A stretch of DNA of 64,000 nt from an uncultured Candidatus Binatia bacterium (GTDB lineage: Bacteria; Desulfobacterota; Binatia; UBA9968; JAJDTQ01): contig OZ244070.1 of NCBI GenBank assembly GCA_965215605.1, positions 1,248,001 to 1,312,000 on the forward strand, read 5' to 3'. Position 1 is the first letter of the stretch, and every line of letters starts with the position of its first letter. The position numbers and the translations under genes are program-made. Positions 10,405 to 19,849 of the stretch are shown piece after piece. Under the pieces are notes generated by a model. The model was given only the letters and a program-made list of their open reading frames with translations. It was not told where the DNA came from and did not search any database.

Positions 10405-11690
10405 TGATCGACCCGGCTTCCTTCAGAGACCGAACCGGGCAGGTTCATCTGGTCGGCGACAGGGTGTTCAGGGCGGTTCAACCGTGGGGCCTCGCAGACT
10501 ATGCGTTCGTCAAGGACAGCGGGGCGCTCGTTCCCTTGATAGACGAAGGTCTGGTGCTTGGCGCGGAGGAGGTCGAACCCGACAACCTCGGATCGGAAGT
10601 GCCAGCCGGGGGGCTGGTTCTGGAGCATCCTCGCATTCCGTTCTGGTCCTATCCGTACGAGTGGCCTTTCGGCGCACTCAAGGCGGCGGCGCTTGCGCAT
10701 CTCGACATCCAGGTCAGGCTGCTCGACTGCGGCGTGGCGCTGTCCGATTCCTCCGCTTACAACATCCAGTTCCAGGGTCCGCGCCCAATATTCGTCGACA
10801 CGCTCTCCTTCCGTCGTTACCGGGAACATGAACACTGGGCCGGGTACCGGCAATTCTGCGAACAATTCCTCAATCCCCTGCTGCTGTACGCGAAGTTTGG
10901 GCTGACTTTCCAGGACTGGTACCGAGGGCGACCCGAGGGTATTCCGGCCAAATGCCTCACACAGCTCGTCAGATGGCGTCATCGCTTCTCCTTCGGCATG
11001 CTGTCCCATGTCGTCGCGCCGGCGCACCTGCAGGCGCGGACCGGCAAGGTGTTGCTAAACAGGGCGGTCCAGGCGCGGGCGCGTGGCCTTCCGTTGTCGA
11101 GCTACCGCAGTCTGCTGGTCCAACTGCGCAACTGGATCAATCGGCTGCGCCCCAAGGCGACCCGCGAAACGCCGTGGGCAAACTACGCCCGTAGCACCCA
11201 CCGGGCCGAGACAGGCGTCGCGGAGAAGCGCGCCGCGGTGGCGGAATTCGTGAGATCCGTGCGGCCCTCGCTTCTTCTGGATCTGGGCTGTAACACCGGC
11301 GATTATGCAGCATGCGTGCTTCACGCCGGCGCCCGCAAGGTTGTGGGACTCGACGCGGATCACGGAGCGCTCGAACAGGCCTTCGCGCGGGCTCAAGCGG
11401 ACGACCTGGACTTTTTGCCCCTTTATCAGGATTGCGCCGACCCGAGCCCCAGCCAGGGATGGAATGCGCGGGAACACAAGGGTCTCGCCGAGCGCTGCGC
11501 CCAAGTGGACGCCGTGTTGGCCCTTGCCTTCACGCATCATCTCGCCATTGGCCGCAACATCCCGCTGCCCGAGATCCTGAGCTGGATCACCTGCCTGGCG
11601 CCGCGTGGGCTGATCGAGTTCGTGCGCAAGGACGATCCCACGGTGCGCACGATGTTGGCGGTACGCGAGGACATCTTCGATGACTATTCG

Positions 11691-12773
11691 CTAGTGTGGT
11701 GTCTGGTTAATTCGTTTAATAACGCTGGTGACGGAGTCAATGATGGCATCAGCGGACTTGGTCCAACGAAACGGCTTGGGATGTTGATTGTGCAGGTCGA
11801 GGTAATTTCGTATGGCTTTCTCCAGAGCGACCACGGAGCGGTAGGTGCCTCGGCGTAACTGGTGTTCGGACAAGGTTGCGAAGAAGCGCTCCACCAAGTT
11901 CATCCAGGAACTGTAGGTGGGGATGAAATGACAGTGGAATCGGGGGTGTCGTAACAGCCAATTCTTGACTTGGGCGGTCTTGTGGGTACCGTAGTTGTCG
12001 AGAATGAGGTGGACTTCCAAGGCGGCCGGGACCTGCGAGTCGATGTGGCGCAAGAAGGCGATGAACTCTTGGCTTCTGTGCCGGCGGTGCAGCTTGCCCA
12101 ACACTCGACCCGTGGCTACCTCCAGTGCGGCGAACAGCGTGGTGGTGCCATAGCGCCGATAGTCATGGGTCCGAGTCTCGGGTGTGCCGTAGTTCAGCGG
12201 TAAACCGGGTTGGGTACGGTCCAATGCCTGAATCTGGCTTTTTTCATCCACGCACAACACCAGCGCCTTGTCCGGCGGATTCAGATAAAGACCCACCACG
12301 TCCCGCACCTTGTCGATGAAGTGCGGATCGGTGGATAGCTTGAAGTTTCGCGACAGGTGAGGTTTGAGCCCGAATGCTCGCCATACACGATGAACGAAAT
12401 CCCGTGGCACATCCAGGTCCTCGGATAAACTCCGCACGCTCCAGTGCGTGGCATGCTTCGGCCGTCGATTCAGTGTCGCGTCCAACACTTCCTGCACCCG
12501 TATGTCGTTGTGCTTGCGCGGCTGGCCGCTTCGTACAGCATCGGACAGTCCCGCCAGTCGCTCTCGGGCGAACCGCCCCCGCCACTTCGACACCGTCTGC
12601 TGGCTCGTGTGGTGTCGCTTCGCCACCTCCTCCCCTGTGTAACCTCGCGCGCAATCCAAAATCACGCCCGCTCTCAGATGAAGACCCGCTCGCGTATTGC
12701 GCCGCCGGCTCCATCTCTCAAGCTCCGCCTTCTCTTCCTCACTCAAAACGATCCCTGCTGGTGGTCGTGCCAT
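11691..12773 (-). CDS. IS630-family DDE transposase
   Basis: HTH N-terminus, [34 protein letters not shown]; the stop codon uses the target TA. Confidence 0.95.
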   Translation of the reverse strand: MARPPAGIVLSEEEKAELERWSRRRNTRAGLHLRAGVILDCARGYTGEEVAKRHHTSQQTVSKWRGRFARERLAGLSDAVRSGQPRKHNDIRVQEVLDATLNRRPKHATHWSVRSLSEDLDVPRDFVHRVWRAFGLKPHLSRNFKLSTDPHFIDKVRDVVGLYLNPPDKALVLCVDEKSQIQALDRTQPGLPLNYGTPETRTHDYRRYGTTTLFAALEVATGRVLGKLHRRHRSQEFIAFLRHIDSQVPAALEVHLILDNYGTHKTAQVKNWLLRHPRFHCHFIPTYSSWMNLVERFFATLSEHQLRRGTYRSVVALEKAIRNYLDLHNQHPKPFRWTKSADAIIDSVTSVIKRINQTPH

Positions 12774-12847
12774 GGTGCCTCCTTCACCCTTCTCCCCATG
12801 GTACTACACCCTGTATTGTTTTTCAACTAATTAATCGGACAGGATAC
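11694..12847 (-). mobile_element. IS630-family insertion sequence (1154 bp) inserted in CTAG with TA duplication
   Basis: CTAG at 11691-11694 and 12847-12850; imperfect terminal IRs GTGTGGTGTCTGGTTAATT / GTATCCTGTCCGATTAATT. Confidence 0.93.
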
Positions 12848-12953
12848 TAGAACGCTTTGTGGCCGCACTGCAGCCCCACGCCCGAATCGTGGCCCGGCGC
12901 ACGGTCTCGGAAACCGGACGCGAGCTCATCTGGTTTGAGAGGCCCGTACGCAA

Positions 12954-14564
12954 GTGAGAGCCACCCTCGCGGAATCGCTCCTGTGGGCCGGCGCTTCCCT
13001 GTGTGCTGCCCTGGCGATCGTGTGCGGTTCGGTCCTCGCCAATATCGACAGTATCGGGTTGGCAGACGTCGTGCGGCCGCTCGCAATCTTGGCCATCCTC
13101 GCGGTGCTTATGACTCTTGCGCTGATGGCGGTTTTGCCGCCCCTCGGCCGTGTGTTCCCCATGGCGCTTTACGCCTACTTCGCGTTCCATCCGATTGAGG
13201 CTCTGCTCCCTGACTTTGGATACGAACATATCGTGGCCGGAGCGGCGGTCGTTGTCGGCCCCTTGGCACTCCACCGCATCTTGCGTCGCGTTGATCGACT
13301 GCGCGGAGCCGCCGGTGGGCTTGCGGTTGCGGCAACCATGGCGGGTTCCTCCCTCGTGGCAATCGCACCTTCGATCCTGTATGACAGCGCCCCGGTCATA
13401 TCCCGGGACTTCCAGGACGAGACCCTGGTAGCGGTCGCGAGTCATCGCGGCACGACCGCGTCGCTTCCGGACATCATCTACGTGGTGCCCGACCGCTACG
13501 CGAGCGCGGCGACCCTCAAGCGGGAGTTCCAACTGGACAACAGCTCGTTTTATGCCGCGCTCGAAGCACGCGGATTCCGGGTCGCGAAGAATGCTCATGC
13601 CAACTATCACAAGACGTTTCAGTCGCTTGCTTCCACCCTGAACGGCGGCTACCTGGAGGGGTTCACCAATGCTTACGGTATTGGGAGCGACGAGCGGCGT
13701 CCCGCCTATGACACGATTGAAAACAATGTGGTTCAGCACCGGCTGCGCAAGCTGGGATACCGGTTCCACAACTACGGCAGCTGGTGGGAACCGACGCGCA
13801 TCAACCGTTGGGCGGACGTAAACGACACGGCCTCTGCGTTTCTGAACAATCTTTCCGAATTCGAGCGAGCCCTGATTTACCGGACGCTAGTGCCTAGTCG
13901 GTTTTCCGTCAGTTCCATTAGAAGAAGCGAATGCAACCGCATCCAACGCAAGTTGCAGCAATTGGGGGAGGCCGGCAACGGGCCGGAGCCGGTTTTCGTG
14001 TTCGCGCACACAATGGTGCCCCATGATCCCATCACAATGAACGCCGCTGGGCACTGCCTCGAACCGCCTGTGTTCTATACGCCCGGCAAAGCGAGGGCGT
14101 GGCGCGATTTCAAGGCCGCTTACGTAGAATATCTCAAGTTCTTCAACGCCGCGATGCTTCGGGTCATCGATCAGCAGATGGAGCGGCGCAAACAGGACGG
14201 CCGAGACCTCCTGTTCGTCATCCAATCTGATGAAGGGCCTTGGCCCCTAACCGGGCGCGGAGAAGGGCGGAACGTTGACTACGCGTCCTTCACACGGCGG
14301 GAACTTCGCATGAAAACAGGAATCATCAATGCCCTACGCATGCCCGGGGGCGAGGCCCCAGACTTTGCGTCCATCGCAACCCCTATCAACAACTGGCGGC
14401 TCATCTTCAACACGCTTGTGGGCACCAGGATGAAGATGTTGCCCCACCGGATCTACATCCACCCGTCCGGAAAGAACGTCTACCGATTCTGCGACGTGAC
14501 AGCCCTCGTCACCGAAGAGGAAATTGCCGACGGGGAACCGGCACCGATGCCGTGCGACGACTGA
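12954..14564 (+). CDS. Membrane-anchored sulfatase/alkaline-phosphatase-superfamily transferase
   Basis: N-terminal TM helices, PDIIYVVPDRY, TFQSLASTLN, FVFAHTMVPHDP and IQSDEG motifs; GTGA overlap with the restored methyltransferase stop. Confidence 0.8.
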   Translation: MRATLAESLLWAGASLCAALAIVCGSVLANIDSIGLADVVRPLAILAILAVLMTLALMAVLPPLGRVFPMALYAYFAFHPIEALLPDFGYEHIVAGAAVVVGPLALHRILRRVDRLRGAAGGLAVAATMAGSSLVAIAPSILYDSAPVISRDFQDETLVAVASHRGTTASLPDIIYVVPDRYASAATLKREFQLDNSSFYAALEARGFRVAKNAHANYHKTFQSLASTLNGGYLEGFTNAYGIGSDERRPAYDTIENNVVQHRLRKLGYRFHNYGSWWEPTRINRWADVNDTASAFLNNLSEFERALIYRTLVPSRFSVSSIRRSECNRIQRKLQQLGEAGNGPEPVFVFAHTMVPHDPITMNAAGHCLEPPVFYTPGKARAWRDFKAAYVEYLKFFNAAMLRVIDQQMERRKQDGRDLLFVIQSDEGPWPLTGRGEGRNVDYASFTRRELRMKTGIINALRMPGGEAPDFASIATPINNWRLIFNTLVGTRMKMLPHRIYIHPSGKNVYRFCDVTALVTEEEIADGEPAPMPCDD

Positions 14565-14608
14565 CCAGGATGCCGGGCTTGGTGGCGTTGGGGTTGTGAC
14601 TCCACAGG

Positions 14609-14713
14609 TAACCGTGTCGACCGTGGGGCGCCGGCACCCCCAACCGACTCCGGCATCCGCTTCACCGACACTGTGGACTCCCCTTGCACCGCTCAACCAT
14701 CGCCCAATGAACA
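14609..14713 (+). repeat. 105-bp direct repeat, copy 2
   Basis: Near-identical to 9779-9883. Confidence 0.9.
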
Positions 14714-14772
14714 GTCAACGCGACCAGCGCGCGACGGGGAGGCGTCTTCGCGCCACGGCTGCCAACGTCCAT
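14714..14772 (-). pseudogene. Truncated 5' stub of a flippase-like gene
   Basis: MDVGSRGA matches the MDVGHRGA start of the gene at 20830, with the same spacing after the ELPVW* stop. Confidence 0.6.
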
Positions 14773-14785
14773 GTTCGGAGAAACA

Positions 14786-15880
14786 TCAAGACCAGACAGG
14801 AAGCTCGGCCCAGATGCGGTAGCCCGCAAAGAAGTCAGCCAGTGCGCCTCCCCCCCGAATGGAGTGAACATGGCGAGCCGGCGGCTCAAGTTGGTCGCAG
14901 ATTTCCAGAGCGCATGAGGCGAAGGTGTCGCCCCGAAGGGTCACCTTAGCCAGATCCTCGGTCAGGGAGTCCACGAGGCCCATGCCGAGACGTTCCTGGT
15001 CGAAGTCGTGCAGGAGATCATGCACGTTGCGCTCCTGCCTGACCAAGGGTCGCCCGAAAGAGACACCCCAGCCGAGGTGATCCGCGATACGCTTGACAAT
15101 GAAGCTGGCGAAGATGTCGTCGTACCGACCCACTTTGGGCGACAGGAAGTACGCGGGAAGCACGGCGCGCGCCAAGGTGGTATTCTGCGAGTTGAAGGGA
15201 CTCCGTGCGCCGGGAGCCAGGAAAAAGTTGTGTTCGAGGCGGTAACGGATGACGTATACGGGATGGGCGAGGCGGGTGGCGGCGTCGATGTCGGGATCGC
15301 CGAGCCAGAACCCGGCGACGACAGCGACGGGCAGCGACAGCGGCACACTCGCCACGGGCGCAGATCCGTCGTCAAGGTCGGCCCGGGCAGCCATTCCATA
15401 TCCTCGCGGCACGAACTGATAGTTATTTGCCGTCGTGAGAAACCGGCATACGTTGAACCACTCGCCGGACTTCCCATACGCCGTCAGGTCAAGACGGCTA
15501 CCGGCGGCGGCGCTATGGGAGAAATAGTCCTTCTCGGCGATGAAGTTGTCGTCGTCGATGGTGACCACGACATCCGCACCGTCGCACGCCGCCTTGAGGA
15601 TGGCCACATTGCGTCGTTGTATGCAGTTCCAGGGCAGATGGGCGCGAAGTTCAGGCCAGGGAGAGAGAAAAGCCTCCTGGGCGGCAGGCCCCAAGTACTC
15701 GCACTCGACGCCGGTGTCGCTGGCGAGTCGGGCGCAGTAGTCGGGTGCCGCAGCGTTCGTCCCTCGATCCCCAGCGACGTAGATTTTGATTGTTCGACCA
15801 TGTTCAAGGGCGTCGCGCGCAAATCCGTGCAATGCCTCGGGGACGTGGATCGTGGTCGTGATCAGTGCGGTCGAGGGCAA
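14786..15880 (-). CDS. RGP/GT75 (STELLO-related) family protein; candidate NDP-sugar pyranose-furanose mutase
   Basis: ITTTI, RRNVAIL, TIDDDN, GFWLGDPDIDA and GRYDDIFASFIVKRIADHLG resemble plant RGP/UAM motifs; TTG start with a GGAG RBS. Confidence 0.7.
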   Translation of the reverse strand: MPSTALITTTIHVPEALHGFARDALEHGRTIKIYVAGDRGTNAAAPDYCARLASDTGVECEYLGPAAQEAFLSPWPELRAHLPWNCIQRRNVAILKAACDGADVVVTIDDDNFIAEKDYFSHSAAAGSRLDLTAYGKSGEWFNVCRFLTTANNYQFVPRGYGMAARADLDDGSAPVASVPLSLPVAVVAGFWLGDPDIDAATRLAHPVYVIRYRLEHNFFLAPGARSPFNSQNTTLARAVLPAYFLSPKVGRYDDIFASFIVKRIADHLGWGVSFGRPLVRQERNVHDLLHDFDQERLGMGLVDSLTEDLAKVTLRGDTFASCALEICDQLEPPARHVHSIRGGGALADFFAGYRIWAELPVWS

Positions 15881-16647
15881 CCTCGGCTCCCTTCTGTCGG
15901 CGCAACGATCAGACTGCGCACGGGCCTTGCTCGGGTGGATAGACCGATCCGGAAGTACCGTAGGTACTCCGTGGCCGGCATGTGGGTCGTTCCCTCCCGG
16001 CGCCTGCGCCAGTGTGTCTGGACCTCCGCCACCCGGGCGCCGCATCGCAGCGGCGTGACCAGCGCCTCGAAGAAGAACGCGTGGCCTGTCTCGCGCCACG
16101 CATAGCGACGCAGTTCCCGCGCTCGATAGAGCCTGAAGCCGAAGGTCATGTCGGTCAGCCTGACACCGTAGAGGGCCGAGAACATCAACTGAAACAGCCA
16201 GTTGCACACCCGCTTCAGCGGCGAGTAGTCGCCGAAGCGGCCACCGCCGAGCCAGCGGGACGTGGCGACGATATCCACGTCACCGACTCGCGCGCGTTCG
16301 ATCATCTCCGGTGCCGTTCCGGGGTGCGTTTCCAGGTCGGCCGCCATGAGCAGTATCCAGGGCGAACGCATCAGCGGGATGCATTCTCGATTTGCGCCGC
16401 CCGCGCCGCGGAGTTCCGTCTGTTCGTGATGGCGCACGATAGCTGGATGCACGGCTTCCAGTTCGGCGATCACCGCCCGACACGCCGGCGTGGTATGCGA
16501 CGCGATGCCGATCATGATCTCGTGGATGGCGTCAGCGTTTTCGCGGAGCAGGGTATCGACGGTTTCGCGCAGAGACCAGGTTTCATCGATTGCAGTGATG
16601 ATGACGCCCACGTCGGGAAGGGCGCGAGGCGGAGGAGCGTCAGCCAT
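15862..16647 (-). CDS. GT2 glycosyltransferase, polyprenyl-phosphate sugar synthase (DPM1-like)
   Basis: MAADLETHP (DxD-like), VATSRWLGGG and TDMTFGFRLY motifs. Confidence 0.85.
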   Translation of the reverse strand: MADAPPPRALPDVGVIITAIDETWSLRETVDTLLRENADAIHEIMIGIASHTTPACRAVIAELEAVHPAIVRHHEQTELRGAGGANRECIPLMRSPWILLMAADLETHPGTAPEMIERARVGDVDIVATSRWLGGGRFGDYSPLKRVCNWLFQLMFSALYGVRLTDMTFGFRLYRARELRRYAWRETGHAFFFEALVTPLRCGARVAEVQTHWRRRREGTTHMPATEYLRYFRIGLSTRARPVRSLIVAPTEGSRGCPRPH

Positions 16648-17596
16648 TTCGAACCATGGACTCGATCCAGCGATAGGTGGGGGCGAGACCGTCCTTGAGC
16701 AGGGTGGGCGGTTCCCAACCCAGCACCTCGCGCAGCAGCGTGTTGTCCGAGTTGCGGCCGCGCACTCCCTGTGGACCGTCAATATGCTCGACCGTGACGT
16801 TCCTTTTACCGCTTATGTCGATGATGATCTTGGCGAGACCGTTGATGGTGACCATCTCATCGGAGCCGAGGTTGAGCGGGTCGGCGTGGCCGGACTCCAT
16901 CACACGGTGCAGGCCCTCGATGCAATCGTCGATGTAGCAGAAGCTTCGAGTCTGCAGGCCGTCGCCCCATATCTCGATGCTGCCGCCGCTGCGGGCCATG
17001 GCGACCTTGCGGCACAGCGCGGCGGGCGCTTTCTCCCGGCCTCCGTCGAAGGTCCCGAGCGGTCCGTAGATGTTGTGGAAGCGGACGATGCGGGTTTCGA
17101 TGCCAAAATCCGCAGAGAAGTAATCGAGCGCCCGTTCAGCGATGAGCTTCTCCCATCCGTAGGCGTCCTGCGGCGCCGCCGGGTAAGCGTCCGCCTCCTT
17201 GAGCGGCGCTACGTCGGTCCGGGTCTGGAGCGACTCCGGGTAGACGCAGGCGGACGAGCTGAAGAGGTATCGGCGGACGCCGTTCTCCCGCGCGGCGTCC
17301 AGCGTATGGAGGTTGATGAGCGCGTTGTTCCGCAGGACGCGGGCGTGGTTGGACGACAGGTACCCCATTCCACCCATGTCCGCCGCGAGAGCATAGACCG
17401 CGTCAATGTCTCTCGTGGCTCGAAGGCAGTTCTCCCAACGCCGCAGGTCGAGCAGCTCGAACTCGTCGGCGTCGGAAACGGTGAACTCCGGTCGTTTGAT
17501 GTCCACACCGCGGACCCAGTGCCCAAGCCTCTTGAGGTGGGTGACGAGGTGGTGGCCGATGAAACCGCCGGCGCCGGTCACGAGAAATCGGTTCAT
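16640..17596 (-). CDS. GDP-mannose 3,5-epimerase-like extended SDR
   Basis: GAGGFIGHH, LAADMGGMG, SSSACVYP, PQDAYGWEK and GGREKAPAALCRK are GME-type signatures. Confidence 0.88.
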   Translation of the reverse strand: MNRFLVTGAGGFIGHHLVTHLKRLGHWVRGVDIKRPEFTVSDADEFELLDLRRWENCLRATRDIDAVYALAADMGGMGYLSSNHARVLRNNALINLHTLDAARENGVRRYLFSSSACVYPESLQTRTDVAPLKEADAYPAAPQDAYGWEKLIAERALDYFSADFGIETRIVRFHNIYGPLGTFDGGREKAPAALCRKVAMARSGGSIEIWGDGLQTRSFCYIDDCIEGLHRVMESGHADPLNLGSDEMVTINGLAKIIIDISGKRNVTVEHIDGPQGVRGRNSDNTLLREVLGWEPPTLLKDGLAPTYRWIESMVRNG

Positions 17597-17619
17597 GTCG
17601 CTTGTACCTCGGGTCAAGG

Positions 17620-19497
17620 TTAGGGGATACGCTGACGCAATACCCCATCCGCTCGCTGATCGCGAATCAGGTGGCAATGCAAGGGTAAAGCATCAGTGCC
17701 TTTGCCGTGAGTCGGCACACTGCCAAGCTCCTGCTCCAGGAACAACTGAAGGCTCCTGTCCGCAAAAGTAACCCCGCTCTCCCTCGGAGTCCAGGCCCCG
17801 TGAAGCAATTCATCGTACAGTCCGAGATTCACCCTGATTATCTCCTTGAACCGGTTCGCGCTCAGAAGCCGCTCACCGCCAGTGACCACACGGAGGCTGC
17901 GGAAGTAACGGTTCAACCCGGCGTCTACAAAGGCTTGTGATCGTGACGCGGTCGACTCGGCCAGTCCCGTCGGCCGAACGCGCACGTAGTGGCCCGGGCG
18001 CCATACCGTCACAGGCAAACTTGCCATGAACTTGTCGCCCAGACCCCAGACGTCGAGAAAATTCTGCTCAAGCCGGGCACTGTACGGTGTCATGCCAAGA
18101 TTGCAGACGTGGAAAGTCGCCTGCTTCGAGTCGCGAAGCAGAGAGCCGAGTCGCACCGTCACATCGTCCGGGTACGTGGTCCCGGCTCCCACGGACCGCC
18201 ACCAGACCGTAATCCCCGTCTTCGGATGCCACGCGGCTCTCTCGTTCGCAATCCCGGTCGGGTATGTCGCGAAATCCAGGACGGTCTCCGCGTAGACGAC
18301 CGGTCCTGTGAGTGGTGAGTGCGGCCACAGACCGATCCAGACAACCAGGGCGGTAATCGAGAGTGCGCGCAGGCATCGCCATCGTCCCGGTTCCAGTCGC
18401 CCGCGTAGGTGTGTTTCCCAGTGGCTGCTCATACCTGCAAGGAGAGCGATCAGTATGACGTATGGGACAGTAAAGAAGCGCCCGCCCATGTAGTCAGCCC
18501 CGACGAAGATAACATACAGCAGAGCCAACCCAATGGCAGCGGCTATGACTCGTGCTGGACCACGCCCAAACCAGAGCAACTGGGATCCGAAAAGGACCAC
18601 CATCATCACGGTGTCCTTGTGTATGGAGAAACGGTAATAGTCCAATGCAGACAAGAGACGGAACGCCAAGCCAGGAAGACCGGCGTCCGCCGGCAGCTTG
18701 GCGTAGGCCGAGGCCGGCAAGGGGAACCCGAAGTAGATAAGGGAGAACAGCGTCCAGAGGAAAAGCGGGGCCAGCATCCAGCCAATGGACCGAGTGAGTC
18801 CCTTCGCTCCCAAGCGTGCGCGGTTGTCCCAGAGCGCCCAGGCAGCAAGGGGCCAGGCGAGCATGACGAAGTCGTGACGATAGAGCGGCGCGACAGCGAT
18901 CAGGGCAACGAACCAGCGCCAATGGAACCGGTCCGGAGGCTCCCCGTGGCGCAGATCCGGATACATCCGCAGCCAGATCAGGACAATGGCCGCGGCCAGC
19001 ACATGGCCGATCGGGTTCTCCTGACCGAACCACGAGTAGTCGAAGTGGGCCTTGGACGCGAACAGCAGGCCGAGTGCCAGGAACCACGCTCGGACGTCCT
19101 TGCCGGCCAGCACCCAGAGGAGCCAAAGCAGCGCGGCGTTGCAGGTCAGCGCGACGATGGCGTGTAGGATAAAAGGGTCCGACGTGAGGACGCGGAGCGG
19201 CAAAAGGACGAAGAAGTAGATCACTGAGGTGCTGAGAAAGGAGCGTTCGTACAGGTTGAACCGAATGCCGTTTCCGGCAAACACCTGCTCTACCTGCCGC
19301 AGGGTGATGAAGTAGTCGTCGGAGAGCCAAGCGCATTTGAGGAGCGTGACAAAGTAGACTACCACGCCAAGTGCCACCAACCAGTGGGCTCCCGGCGCCA
19401 GCCAACCGTTGCTCTTGGTGGGAGTGGGCACTCTCGCAACCTTGCTTGATCTCACGGTTTTCTGAACGTCAAGCCAGGCTGATGCCCAGGTGACCAA
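17620..19497 (-). CDS. AftB-like GT-C furanosyltransferase
   Basis: AWLSDDYFITLR...GNGIRFNLYERS resembles the AftB DD-motif loop; GADYMGGRFF, IANER and RPGHY; many TM helices. Confidence 0.7.
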   Translation of the reverse strand: MVTWASAWLDVQKTVRSSKVARVPTPTKSNGWLAPGAHWLVALGVVVYFVTLLKCAWLSDDYFITLRQVEQVFAGNGIRFNLYERSFLSTSVIYFFVLLPLRVLTSDPFILHAIVALTCNAALLWLLWVLAGKDVRAWFLALGLLFASKAHFDYSWFGQENPIGHVLAAAIVLIWLRMYPDLRHGEPPDRFHWRWFVALIAVAPLYRHDFVMLAWPLAAWALWDNRARLGAKGLTRSIGWMLAPLFLWTLFSLIYFGFPLPASAYAKLPADAGLPGLAFRLLSALDYYRFSIHKDTVMMVVLFGSQLLWFGRGPARVIAAAIGLALLYVIFVGADYMGGRFFTVPYVILIALLAGMSSHWETHLRGRLEPGRWRCLRALSITALVVWIGLWPHSPLTGPVVYAETVLDFATYPTGIANERAAWHPKTGITVWWRSVGAGTTYPDDVTVRLGSLLRDSKQATFHVCNLGMTPYSARLEQNFLDVWGLGDKFMASLPVTVWRPGHYVRVRPTGLAESTASRSQAFVDAGLNRYFRSLRVVTGGERLLSANRFKEIIRVNLGLYDELLHGAWTPRESGVTFADRSLQLFLEQELGSVPTHGKGTDALPLHCHLIRDQRADGVLRQRIP

Positions 19498-19646
19498 GAG
19501 GTCGATGTTCCGTTTGCCGGTGTCATTCGTGGGTCATGGGGACTGGCACGGATACCTTGTCAGAGCCGTTTTCTGCCTAACCTGATCGGCCCAACTACAT
19601 CTTGGCACATGTAACAGTTCATGCCGGCCTCGCCAACTCGTTGCTT

Positions 19647-19703
19647 GCCGGGTTCCGGGCCCTCAAGGAGCGTTTGGCAGCGGACACCGAGTCGACGACG
19701 TAG
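19647..19703 (+). pseudogene. Stray fragment of an Rpn C-terminal tail
   Basis: Encodes AGFRALKERLAADTESTT*, nearly identical in DNA to the ends of the Rpn copies at 24561 and 26284. Confidence 0.85.
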
Positions 19704-19849
19704 CCTGCAGCCGTTAAAAGTCATTCACCCGTTCGTTGACTATCCGACACGTCCAGCCAAACCGGTCCGCGGTCGCCACCACATTTGCTACGAACAGTCG
19801 GAGATAGTCTACCCACCTCTCGGATCCAAAGGCCGCCGCTACCTGTTCG

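Larger units (their letters stand above)
10404..12957 (+). pseudogene. NoeA-like SAM-dependent methyltransferase interrupted by IS630
   Basis: PASFRD, SYPYEW and LDLGCNTG motifs; removing the IS restores DDYSLERFVAALQ...WFERPVRK* ending at 12957. Confidence 0.85.

Noticed and set aside
19544-19615. TGGCAC hexamers as possible sigma54 promoters
   Set aside because: No TTGC at the required spacing, and they point away from the adjacent minus-strand gene.
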